A stretch of 64,000 nucleotides of DNA from Aplysia californica (taxonomy: Eukaryota): positions 1,109,380 through 1,173,379 of the forward strand of contig NW_004797342.1 in NCBI RefSeq assembly GCF_000002075.1. The letters are read 5' to 3'. Positions 26,001 through 36,848 of this stretch are shown piece after piece. Within the stretch, counting starts at the first letter, position 1; every line of letters starts with the position of its first letter. A program made the translations under genes and the position numbers. The notes under the pieces were generated by a model that saw nothing but the letters and a program-made list of their open reading frames with translations, made no database searches and was not told the origin of the DNA.

Positions 26001-29000
26001 AGTGAGAGGCATGGTAGGCAAAGAAAATCTAGACTAGGCTGGCCTATCAAGCGATGCGCTCTGCTTGTCTGCGCATGCCACACCCTCCCCACTCAATCGC
26101 TCCAGCCTTCATTGTTGGCACACGTGGGCTCTCCCATTCTATGTTTCGTTAGATCACCAACAAGTTTCTCAACTGGCGAGGTTTTGCATAATATGTATAA
26201 TTGGCCTATGTGCTGTGCACAGCAGCAGCAATTTTTATATATTCCGCAATAACGGACGCCGTGTTTTCCTGATTGCGCTATAGCAGCATTTTATTTACAA
26301 AGATAAAGAAGAGAGAAAAACAGGGTTTTAGAATAGTATTTTTATAACAGACCTCTCGTTATTTCAGGACTAGTTGTAAGTGGACTCCACTGTAGTTTAA
26401 AAAAACAAATGAAAATGCATTTTTTGTCTTCCACTTGTTTCCCTTTTCACAGTGTTAAATTTGTTTCATGGATGTAATAATTAAAAATTAAATTCAAATA
26501 GACTATTAAGAAGTATTTAGATACTTACAGTTTCATAGAAAACACAAAATATGAATTACCTTTACGTTTGACCAAATATGGTAAGCATAATTTTGATAGA
26601 AGAACTGGTGCTTTCAGATACACATTAAAAGCAAAGTCCATTTGGTCTTCGGTGACATCACGAAGGAAGCCTGCCTGGCCACCTCCACCTGCATTGTTAA
26701 CCTTAAGAAAAGAAACAATCTTGCTGTACACAACAATAGCAGCATAGATCTCCTCAAAATGCACTAAGTTATAAGTCTACACATCAATGATATTTGGGTC
26801 ACCACGGAGTGGAATCAGGCGCTCGTCACTTTTTGGTCATGTGACTTTATAGGTATCATCGTAAAGCTTGTTCATTTGTCTAGCTTTCAGTTTAAAACAT
26901 ACTGATCTATCTTGAATAGAAGTTGAGATATTTGCGATTGAAGAAAGTGGGGGTCATCTGATTTCAGAAGTAAAATTAGCGAGAAAATGACCGTTATTAT
27001 ATGTTTGGTAACTTCCAAAGCCTGAGAATACTTGGAAACTACAAATTTACATTTTTGGGTGACTTTATTCCATGTTTTCAGTAAAATCTGCACAGTAATA
27101 TTTAATGTGTTTATAACTGGACATAAAAGGTATTGAGCTGAAAAACAACGTTTTGATAAAAATTGCCAAACGGATGGGAAAATCTTGGTTTCTTCAAAAT
27201 CATATTTCAACGAGCGCCTGATTTCACCATAAAGCCTCACATTTAAAGTATCCATTAAGATGAAGAAATGACAGAACTTACCCAATATCAAATGAGAATA
27301 AATATATTTAAAATTCAGGGAAGTGGAGTGGAAAAAAAACTATGACACAAATAAGTCATTCAGGTTATATTTTAAAAAGTCCAAAAATACTCAGAAAAGT
27401 GAAACCTTTTAATATAATAATATAGACTGACAGTCTTTGACACTCTCTGCAACAATAATATGATAGAGAGTGTCTAAATGCTCGATTCACTGCCAGAAAA
27501 TGAAAAGTAGAACATAACAAATGCACATGCATGAATGCGTGAAATTCATTATCTTTCTGAGCCGGCAATCACGAGGATGTAATGGGGATCTGGCCCCGCG
27601 GAAAATTGCATTTTTGAAATAGAAAAATTGCAAAAAATTCCAAGGTAAACTGCCTAAAAATTGCAACCTTCCCATCCCTGGTGCATTAGTACGGGCTTAA
27701 CATTTTTAGTTTAAAAAACATAACAATTTGAGTACCGGTAGCATAAAAGCAGAATGGCCTTTTAAAAAATCATGACCCACAATACAAATTTTATTAACAA
27801 GATTTACTAGTAACAACACTCGGGTACGTTAACAATAAAGTTATCGACCAAATAGAATATAATACCGCGTGACGCAAAACGGAACCCTCTGTTTTCGTAA
27901 TAACTTTTAAATAAAGGCATAAAATTTGACCAAATTTAGTTATACCGGGTACTTGGTTCTTGCAAAGATCTAAAAGTGTAGTATGAGGTTGAGTCTATCA
28001 AAACAAAAAATTTTATGGGAGACTTTGGAAACAACCTCTAAATGCAAAATTAGCTTATGCTCCAATCAATTCAGATCCTGTTCTATTTTTTTCTTGAAAC
28101 CTTCGATACACAGGTAATCTGTGTTTGGATCTATTTCAGATATTTTCTTTTTAAAAACCAGTAGGGTATTGTTTTAACACTAAGTCAAATCGTAAAATAC
28201 AGAACATTTTTTTTTCAATTTATAAACAGTAGTAATAATAATGTAGATCATTTCTATATCGCCCACTCCCGTGTGAACGCAGCATAAGGCATTTTGCATA
28301 TAACGGAGAGTCTACGTACACGGTAACCGGGCACCTAGCCTCAGTGTCTATGTACACAGTAACCGGCAACCGGTGTCACTTACACGGTAACCAGGCAGTT
28401 CAGAACTCCAAGTTCAGTTTTTGTCATCCGGTGTTGCCTTCAACCCTAGCCCTCTCCCGACTGTACCTTAAACTTTAAAAAAAAAATCAATAATCCCCCA
28501 ATTCCGGAGCCCTAGATCTATACTTCGCAGCGCACAAACTTTGAATGAACTTTGGTGACCCCCAACCGGTACTCACAATGTGATGCGAAAGCCCAGGTCC
28601 ACTGACCGGTCACGATGGCGGGCCCGACAAGACGCTTGCACATGTATGACTTTCTTTTTTTTAAAACAAGTGACAACACAGGACAAATATTGATTTATTT
28701 TCATTCCGTTTACCGTGTACGTAGATACTGAGACTAGGTGCCCGATTACCGCCGTGTATGTCATGTAGATACATGCATCATGTATGATTACGAACAATGT
28801 TCACGGGCGGCGCGCACACACACACACACACACGTACACTTTACACGTGCACACACACGCACACACCTACTTTCTAGCACACGCGCACGCTTACACACAT
28901 TAGATCTATAGGTGTAGTATCTTTGGTCTCAGTTTGTGTTGTATAATTTATTCCAGCCTGAAGTTCCGGTTATAGCTTTTAGAGTACGCCCAGTAGGCTA

Positions 29001-29501
29001 GAGCTGGGCCGAAACCATACGTAGGCCTATGGATTCTTTACTCGCACCATTTAGTATTAAAAATTCTGTTAAAATTAAAGCGTTGATGTTTTTTTGCCCA
29101 AAATTGCAAGAAATTACGAAAATTGCAAAAAATTGCGGGTTTATTGCGGAACACGACGAAAAACGCGCTGCACTTGCGGCCACAAGACCGCGATTTCCTG
29201 GGGGGGCCAGATGGGGATACACTAAATACACAACAGTTTGTTGTCACAGCATGCTTATACACAAAACAGTTCATAGAATAGTAAGGTAAACTCCAGATGG
29301 TTCCCACAGCATTAAACTTGTTTTTAACTCTTTCTTTAGAATAATAATTGGCAACAAAATACGTTGTTAGATTTTAGAAAAGACACATGAACAAAAGGGT
29401 GAAAAAATATAAGTGCAACCTGAAAAGATACCCTAATATGAAGGAAGGGTGCATTAAAAGAGGTCAACCGGTGAAGCCTAATATATAAATATATATATAT
29501 A

Positions 29502-29533
<32 letters not shown>

Positions 29534-32500
29534 ATGCTCTCGATATACTTTCAGCACTTATACTAATGTGATATAACTAGTGAAGAACTTGATCAGCCAC
29601 ATCAAATTTTCAGACCATAAAGAAGTGGGACCTGAATTACAGTTCCTCTTGCCATTCCAGCATCAAAGCCCAATGTTCTAATGGGAGAAGCAAGCACTCC
29701 AACTTCAAAATGACCTACATATTTTTATAGTGTCGGGCGGGAAGAGAATTTAACTTCAACAGCAACATAAAAATGGTAAAGTTGATTAATTCAGTCAAAG
29801 ATAGTAAATAACAAGATGGGCCACTCAGCCAAAAAAGTGTCCGCAGGAAGTATGCTCTTTGCTTCAGATGGCGCTGCAGTCTGTTTTGAAGCTCTCTTTC
29901 GTTTTTCCAGAAGAAGAATAGGAATAGCACCTCCTTGCGTGCGCAGATCGACTGCTGTTCATCAGCAGTTCGGGTACGTTCAGTGCGGAGTTTTATTTTT
30001 ATTTTATTTTAATGACCTCTCGTCTTTCATTCTAAAGTCAAATTAAATGAAGAAAACCATCACCCTTTCCTCCGGAAGAGGTTTTTTGTCAGCGTAACCA
30101 TTTTAAAAAAGCGTTCTTCCGAAATTTATCCCAAAACTTGCTAGTTTCACTTTGATTTTTTAAAACTCAAGTAGGGTAACTCTGTTCGCAAAGAGTGCGC
30201 TTTTGTGAAGAGGGCGCCACCAAATTTTGAGGACACTTTTTTAATTGGCTCAAAGAGAGAAGTGGCCCATCTTGTTATGTACTATCTTTGATTCAGTCAG
30301 AATGGTCACAGCTGTGTCTCCAGACTGGCAGAGTAAAGAAAAGATTTCCCTAGAAAATAAGTCCATCATAGAAGAAGCAGAAGATATTCTATATAATTTA
30401 TAAACATATACTCACTTATGATAACAAAAGCAAACCATTTTTTTTCCAGATATCAAAATTCCAATTTCTGATTAACTCTATCTGAAGAAATATGCAGTGT
30501 ATCAATTGACCAGCATGTGTAAAAAGAAAATGTATCAGTCATCCTCACCAAAATATCTATGCAGCCAAACTTTTGAACAGTCTCTTCCACCATTTTTTCA
30601 CGAACAGCAGGGTCTGTAATATCACCTGTCACTGTGTGCACCTACTGAAGAAAAGGGAGCTATCAAAATTGATTACATATCCCAAAAAAAAGAAGAAGGA
30701 GGAGGAGGAGGAGGAGGAGGAGAAAAAGAAGAAGAAGAAGAAGTAATTTACAAAAAATACATGTGCATGAACATGTTCAATATTGTGGTATACCAGAAAC
30801 TCATACATGTACTATCACAACACCATAAACGATGGTGTGCATTTCAGACTGCATTTATTCACATTAAATTAACAATTTGAACCTTAGAGTACAACAGATA
30901 AAACGGATTAACAGTCAATTTCACTTTTCTACACTATTCATGAAACATCTGTGATCTAAATTGCTTTGGTGGGGTGCAAAACATTCACAAGTACAACTTT
31001 TGTTGTTAAAATATCTGTGTCTGACACAATTTGTATTTTTTGTTTTGAGATACACCAAAACAACTTGTGACTCGAATTTCATGATCACAAAAATCAATAT
31101 GTAACAAAGAATACACCATTATAATTGGCATTCTACAAGCTATTCTGAAAAATATCCTGGCCTTTGAGATAAAATACACATTGTCTTACATGTTCCTTTG
31201 CTCTTTGAGTTAAGTTCATGAGTTATCGTATGCCTTTGGCTGTTTTTCCAAGCTGTCCTCGTGATTATATGCACCCCGCATAATTTTGCAAAATTTGATA
31301 ATTTTTTGCATAATTTCTGATATTATTTTCCTTTATCATTCTTTGTTAAAATTACCAGAATCGCATAATTTCACATTTTTGGGCTCAGTTTGCATAATTT
31401 CAGAATTTTTCTTGAATAAAACGACGGGGACAGTCCAAGGCAGTGGGGGGAGAGAAGCCAGAGGTTGGGGGAAGGGGAAGTGGGAGGTTGAGGGTGGGGG
31501 CATGGGGCCTTGACTTCTTGAAAATACTTATGTCTCATCATTATACTGTCGGGACTTACTTGTCAATATCATAATCTTTACCTCGGCAAGATTCTTTGAT
31601 ATTAACGACACTGCAAAACGAAGCAATCCACCCACCCTCACACCTGAATTGTAAACACCAATCAGACTTGATCTAATTTAATGCCCTCAGCACTGTCTTT
31701 ACTGTGGCGAATCAGAAGGGACTTACACTGAAATACACTTATCCACCTAGATCGCAGTAGACTATGGCTGATCGAGTGGGACTTACGGCAGCCGCCGCAG
31801 AGCGGTACACCTTGAACTAAACTGGTGCCCATATTTTTTAAATTCAAAACATGTAGGCCTACATAGCAAAATACATATATATATACATTGAAGAGATTTC
31901 AATATCCCACCAATTTCACTATATGTGCCTGCTAGACTGCACTATCAAAGCTGACCTCTTCTGACGTAGATCCATTCTGCAAAAGCATTAGCTTCACTTC
32001 TTCCAGCTTCTCTTCACTGCGTCCATGAATTGTAATTTTTGCACCTCGCTTTGAGAAAAGTCTAGCAGTGGCTTCTCCAATTCCTGAACTACTTCCTGAA
32101 GAAAAGAAGAGAAAAGCATTTTAGGAGCAAGTTAAGTCATAGTATGCACAAATAATGTTACAAAAATCAATTTTGGCTGCAGAATAGGGTAATAATTAAT
32201 ATCAAAGAAATATTTACGAAGTAAATCAATGAAATTGAGGAATTATTTCCACAACAGCACAGTCTCAATGAAATTATGAGGAGAAAATATGAAACATCTC
32301 TTTCATGTGTGCACCTGATCACCTGTAAATTCATGTCATTTCATTATAAAGGTATAAAAGGACAACACTGTTACCTGCTTTGTTTGTTTTTGTAAAGTGT
32401 TTTACGGCGCTCGCAACTGCATAAGGTCATATGAGGGCGCGGGACACACCTAATATTTTCAGTTGGTAGGAAATTTGGAATTTTGCTCGGGTGGCGGCCG

Positions 32501-33504
32501 AAATCTACTCTTATCGATTTTAGACCACCAAGGGATCTTTAACGTGTGCAAGTTGCACACGGGCCCTCCGAGATTTTTCGCCCATGTCTGGGAAGGTTAG
32601 GTGTAGATCTTTCCTACCAGAAGATCAGGGGTGTGGCAGAAAGACAGCAGTAAGGAGGAGCCAAGGAGTAGCAGTAGAAAGGTTGCAGAAAGAGTCAGGA
32701 GCCCAGACAAGGGGGCAAAGGAGGTGAGGGGGTGGGGGCAGAAAGTGGAAATGAAAGCAGACAAGAGAACATTGCTAGAGAGCAGGAAAGGAGGTGAAAG
32801 GAAACAATTTTAGAGACGAAAATTTTTTGGTCGCTACCCGGATTCGAACCCGGGACCTTTGAATGAGAGGCCAACACCTTAACCTCTAGACCACGAGAGC
32901 CCCCCTGTTGCCTGCTTCGACTTTATTTCAAAATAAATTTTGAAAGATTGGACTGATTTCACTGTTATTAATCAGAATAATGTTTTAAAGGTAATCTTGA
33001 CAAAACAATTATCTGAACCTGTAATCACAGCAACACGATCCAGAAGACTGAGGCGATCCATCATAGGATATGTTGAGTTATAAGTTATAATTCCTTTTAT
33101 CTTCCTGCACACCTGAAACAGAAAATCAAAGTACACAGGAAGTAAGACAAAGTTTACATGCAAGCCAATTATAAACATATTTCTTCATTTCAGTGTTGGC
33201 TCACCATACAAAATATATAATAATGTATCTGTAATGATGTGGTATTTTTAACAACACAAAGCAAAAAAGGAAAAGTTGAGAAGTCGGCAGAGCCCATGAT
33301 AATCCACATGTGGTAAGCTCAAAATGGAACAGCTCTTTTACCTGGTGAGTTGTGATGAGGTAATATCCAGTGGCGGTGGGTGGACCAAAATTTGGGTGGG
33401 GCTTAGGTTTCTTCCAGTTTTTTACCACCAAATAGAAAGCAATAAGAATTAAACAGTGATGATTTTTCTATACTCACGGTGAGCCACGGCAGTTTGAGAA
33501 CCAT
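16839..33504 (-). CDS. Short-chain dehydrogenase/reductase (classical fold, FabG-like), 10 exons, 303 aa, atypical active site
   Basis: Exons 33478-33504, 33019-33112, 31956-32095, 30549-30641, 26560-26701, 24853-24893, 23814-23886, 20312-20348, 18277-18340, 16839-17039 join in frame (912 nt). SDR motifs: VAVITGSSSGIG, IHGR, GDIT, IDILVNNAG, GVRVNCVRPG, PEDVA..IAF.ASD.A.F.TG....DGG. Confidence 0.92.
17686..18095 (-). mobile_element. Uninterrupted copy of the 11920-12655 retroelement
   Basis: Colinear with 11920-12655 but lacks the nested SINE (empty site gaatggccttaa). Confidence 0.75.
18277..18340 (-). CDS. SDR exon 9
   Basis: tttcag|(R)PGVVVTPSFNAAFPDSSVREQ|gtatgc. Confidence 0.9.
18367..18450 (+). 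mobile_element. pogo/Tigger-like MITE end fragment
   Basis: TA|CAGTGAAACTCGGATTCAACGA with internal inverted ctcgttggatccgag; other end not found. Confidence 0.55.
19960..20260. mobile_element. Partial copy of the same MITE family
   Basis: ccactgaaaccagg...gcaaatatc..gacttctattcaa...tgacaagcgcctgattcca. Confidence 0.65.
20312..20348 (-). CDS. SDR exon 8 (37 nt)
   Basis: tttcag|(E)FGQAGVRVNCV(R)|gtgagt. Confidence 0.9.
21365..22925. mobile_element. Middle MITE (hAT-like start CAGACTTGCCAAC)
   Basis: Inverted agaaaggtaccaaaagtcg (~21455) / cgacttttggtacctttct (~22838). Confidence 0.55.
21806..22623. mobile_element. pogo/Tigger-like MITE
   Basis: TA|CAGTCGAACCTG ... CAGGTTTGACTG|TA, with repeated acggccacc subterminal motifs. 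Confidence 0.85.
23814..23886 (-). CDS. SDR exon 7 (active-site helix)
   Basis: tcacag|WPGAFPYNSFAKAGLDNFTKFAAA(E)|gtgagc. Confidence 0.92.
24853..24893 (-). CDS. SDR exon 6 (41 nt)
   Basis: ttgcag|(G)NIINVSGITATEV|gtaata. Confidence 0.88.
25019..25472. mobile_element. ~450-bp MITE (aatcaggcgc-t-gtca TIR family)
   Basis: TIRs atgtgag...gtgaaatcaggcgcttgtca / tgatgagtgcctgattccacc...cacat; related copies elsewhere in the window. Confidence 0.75.
25558..26392. mobile_element. Diverged pogo/Tigger-like MITE
   Basis: TA|CAGTAGAATC ... GACTCCACTG|TA with cgttata subrepeats. Confidence 0.65.
26560..26701 (-). CDS. SDR exon 5
   Basis: cttaag|VNNAGGGGQAGFLRDVTEDQMDFAFNVYLKAPVLLSKLCLPYLVKRK(G)|gtaatt. 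Confidence 0.93.
26790..27245. mobile_element. Same MITE family, opposite orientation
   Basis: gtggaatcaggcgctcgtca ... acgagcgcctgatttcacc. Confidence 0.7.
28303..28775. mobile_element. Foldback MITE with tacacggtaacc subrepeats
   Basis: 28310-28360 (gggcacctagcctcagtgtcta) is inverted at 28710-28760 (tagatactgagactaggtgccc). Confidence 0.65.
29796..30290. mobile_element. P-element-like MITE
   Basis: 30-bp TIR CAAAGATAGTA(A/C)ATAACAAGATGGGCCACT (29/30 identical); 7-bp TSD attcagt at 29789-29795 and 30291-30297. Confidence 0.85.
30549..30641 (-). CDS. SDR exon 4
   Basis: cagtag|VHTVTGDITDPAVREKMVEETVQKFGCIDIL|gtgagg. Confidence 0.93.
31956..32095 (-). CDS. SDR exon 3 (Gly-rich cofactor motif)
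   Basis: cttcag|(G)SSSGIGEATARLFSKRGAKITIHGRSEEKLEEVKLMLLQNGSTSEE|gtcagc. Confidence 0.93.
32381..32904 (-). mobile_element. Full-length tRNA(Glu)-derived SINE with Deu/Nin-like central domain
   Basis: Head has A box TGGTCTAGAGG, CTC anticodon-like loop and B box GGTTCGAATCC. Central ggcccgtgtgc...cacgttaaagatccc. 13-bp TSD ctgtt(a/g)cctgctt at 32368-32380 and 32905-32917. Confidence 0.88.
33019..33112 (-). CDS. SDR exon 2
   Basis: tttcag|VCRKIKGIITYNSTYPMMDRLSLLDRVAVIT(G)|gttcag. Confidence 0.85.
33478..33504 (-). CDS. SDR exon 1 (MVLKLPWLT)
   Basis: ATG at 33504 and strong donor gtgagt, phase 0 and in frame with exon 2. It could instead be 5' UTR if translation starts at MM in exon 2. 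Confidence 0.6.
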
Positions 33505-33739
33505 TCAAACGAGAAGAGTTGCTTTTGTTTTCAATCTCTTTGTCCTTAGTTAAATTCTTGTTGATGGTGGGGACGAAGCCGATTCACCTCCAAATTTCCT
33601 CTAATTAGTTTTCGTGTGATGAAAAAGTTATAACTGTTAAATCTCAGCAGCACAAACACAAACATGCACACACAGCACTTCAAACATAATACTTCTATGA
33701 GCTGGATTAGGCCGTGTAGTCGAGAAAGTTGAACGCACC

Positions 33740-34000
33740 CAACAAAGAACCAATGAGCGCATAGAGGTATCTGTGTCTGTGGGGGAAAGTGTGTCGTAAA
33801 CTTTCACCCCCTAGTCAGGGCTAGGAGAGCGTGAGCCCGCGGTACATTGTTATTTTTTCCCAGTCTTCTACCTTTTTACAAGAAGAGTTTCATTATGGAC
33901 GGACTGTGGGAAAAGGGCTCCTGTTGGCTGAGCCCTAAAGACATTTGATTGGCTGCTGGGTTACTATAACTTTGTAAGCGGGGACAACAGTGATTGGAAG
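33740..34000 (-). promoter_or_regulatory. Putative SDR promoter with CCAAT boxes
   Basis: CCAAT near 33750 and ATTGG near 33948 and 33993, in a relatively CpG-containing stretch just upstream of exon 1. Confidence 0.35.
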
Positions 34001-34479
34001 CGAGCAAGCCGCCAGGTTGATCACTCTGTGTTCATTCCGTGAGGTCATAACGGTTTCAACTGCTAATTTTCATTATGGAGAAACTTTCATTTATTTTAGG
34101 ATAGAGTTGGGGTGGTGGTTGGGGAGGGGGTATGGGCTCAAGCCCGTAAGCCCTTCACTACCCACCGCCACTGGTAATATCATATAAATATATATCATTA
34201 CAACATTGCATATCTGAATATATCATGATACGGTAGACAGATGGCCTAAGTTAAGAATCTGAATACGTTATGGACGAAACAGTGGATGGTAGCACCTCGG
34301 ATCAATCAAGACACACTGACTATATATAAACAAAGAGAGAGAAAGACTTAGGACGAGTAGTGGTTGATGATAAACTAACCTTCAAGAGCACGTAGCCCAG
34401 ATAACATCAAAAGCTGTTTATCAGGCGATCATTTGATTAGATTCTACTTTTCTGAGAATACGTTTGTTTTGCTCTACAA

Positions 34480-34990
34480 GAGTTTAGCAAGGCCGTTTTT
34501 AGAGTTTACACTGTGTTTGGCAACCCTTTGAAAAAGGACTATGTAGTGAAATCGAGCAAGTTCAAAGGCGGGGCACCAAAATGCTGGAGTCACCTCAAAG
34601 AAAACACTTATTCTGAAAGACTGAAAAAAGTATTTTAAAAAGCTTCGGATCCATCCCTGGAACATCGAAGGCTACATGGTGATATGATCGAAACATACAC
34701 ATATATCTAAGACATCACCAAAAGACCAGCTTTTACAAAGCAACAACCACACAACTCCATGGCAACTGAACGAGAAGCTCCAGAAGCAAAAAAGAAGCAT
34801 TGTGTGAGGGCGAACTTCTTTGAAAATCGATTGAATGTTATTTGGAACAATTCATCTCCCTGAGTCAGTGTTGTCAGCTCCAACGGTGGACACATTCAAG
34901 AGACATTTGAATGAATACTGGAAGGATCTCCCGACGAACTACAATCGGTCACTTGCCAAGACTGATTCGTCTAGCCTGCATGTAATAAGA
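34480..34990 (+). mobile_element. CR1-clade LINE ORF2 C-terminal remnant
   Basis: Broken frames: VWQP, EQVQRR..KM, SLEHRRLHGDMIETY, VRANFF, WN..LPES, VVSAPTVDTFKRHLNEYWK. Confidence 0.8.
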
Positions 34991-36033
34991 TAGTCAGTCA
35001 TTTAAAAGTTAATTGAATAGGCTCTTCTTGAGCCTCAACCGACATAATATAATTATAGTCAAGTCAGTCCCATCATATTTGCCCATCATGTTTTACATTG
35101 GCAATCATCAGTAGATTACTGAAATTTGTGACTAAAACTAAAAACGCCAGCCTAGCTACAGATTAAAAAAACTAGAAAAATATTAATTGCGGTTTATTTT
35201 AGGGTGAAAACTAAAGCATAGTTTACTTACGTAGAAATCTAGCTTTCATGGATTTTTTTCCAATCGGAAAACCCGGTGGTTTTAAGTAACGCAGTGGCTA
35301 CGTTCACGGCGCCGTGAACGTATCCTGCAGACTACGTTCACGGCGCCGTTAACGTAGCCTGCAGACTACGTTCACGGCGCCGTGAATGTAGTTTGCGGTA
35401 GATGTTGAGGCTACGTTCACGGCACTCAAGCTTCGTTTAGATGGACCGTCCACTGCCGGTTTAAGTCAGCCGGTTTTAGTCAATCACAGGCTTAAAATTA
35501 AAAGACAAGACAACGCGATTATCCTGCATGCTTTGGTTTAAGCATTATTTAAAATTTGTGCTCAATTGTTAATATAGTTTTGTTAATATTGTTACCTTAC
35601 CTTTTGATATATTTGCCCTCATCATTCGCAGTGTCATCATTTGTCAGGTAATTTAAAATGATGTCAACAAGTCATGACAACTTGTTAGACAAATTGCGGC
35701 ACTATAACCATCGTTGGGATCGTTTGTTTTAGTAGAGGTTTTACGGACGGCGCTCATATCTGCATACGGTCATGCGCCATCGCTGGGATCAAATGACTGG
35801 ACAGCCACAGCAAACTAATATGACGTCAGTCAGTGAACATCTGGCGGACACTAATACACAGTGCTAATAGATTTTCCCCTCAATAATCCCCCCCCCCCCC
35901 CCTTTGTTTCCCCCTCTCTCCCGCCTGTTCATACTCTACTTATACACATCAGCAGCTCTGACAATACTCACTGTAAGAACTCGTGAAGACAGACAGAAAG
36001 ACACACTACTAAGTGATACATTATAATAAGGCC

Positions 36034-36162
36034 GGCACTATTTCTCCGAACGTTCGGGAAAATAAAGCTAGGCACTATTTCTCCGAACGTTCGGGAAAAT
36101 AAAGCTAGGCACTATTTCTCCGAACGTTCGGGAAAGTAAAGCTGGGCACTATTTCTCCGAAC
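36034..36162. repeat. 37-bp minisatellite, ~3.5 units
   Basis: ggcactatttctccgaacgttcgggaaaataaagcta at 36034, 36071, 36108 and 36145 (partial). Confidence 0.9.
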
Positions 36163-36790
36163 ACTCTGAAATCACATCCTTTCCCGCAAATTTCGGATAT
36201 TATATAGATCTATAATTATAGTATAGGCCTACCAAAGATTGTTTGTATACAATATGGTTCAATCGGTCCAAAAAATGTCCGCAGTAAATATTTGTATAAA
36301 GAAATGCTACAGTTCCAAGCAGTTTTTCGCTACATATATGACGTGTTGCCTATGAAGGGTGCTGCTCTTAAACCTAATGAATGTGTTGTGTTCACTCGGG
36401 TGCTGTCTAGATCTAGATCTAGATCTACGGAGAGTTATTGATAACGACACATAGAACTAGCATCTGCGTTTGTCGCGGCCGCGACCAATCAATTGTGGCT
36501 CGATTTTTGGGCATTTTTTGGTCCCCGAATCGGGGAATAAAAGTCAAATTTAAAAATTTAAAAAAATGAAAGAAACCGAACCTCTTTACTTTTGAAAGAA
36601 AGTTCACATAGCTTCACTTTGTCTTTCTCACTTGTTGTCACCACGTTGATTTGTTGAATACGTTAGTTACTTTTATTTTTCCCTCTTTGTGGTGTTTTAT
36701 TTTGTTAGTGTGTATTTTTTTCTTTCTAGTTATTGTTCTGATGTGTTGTTTTTTAATCAGTTTTTTTTGTTGTTGGGGGAAAAGGAGGGA

Positions 36791-36793
<3 letters not shown>

Positions 36794-36845
<52 letters not shown>
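36794..36845. repeat. (GA)n microsatellite
   Basis: Visible directly; other (CT)n/(GA)n tracts at 39090-39153, 39863-39902 and 13369-13482. Confidence 0.9.

Positions 36846-36848
<3 letters not shown>

Noticed and set aside
32830-32904. tRNA-Glu(CTC)-like gene on the minus strand
   Set aside because: Acceptor and anticodon stems do not pair properly; it is the head of a TSD-flanked SINE.
16839-33504. SDR as a pseudogene
   Set aside because: No stops or frameshifts across 10 exons, all GT-AG with matching phases.
36034-36162. CRISPR-like 37-bp palindromic repeats
   Set aside because: Units are head-to-tail with no spacers, there are no cas genes, and the context is eukaryotic.
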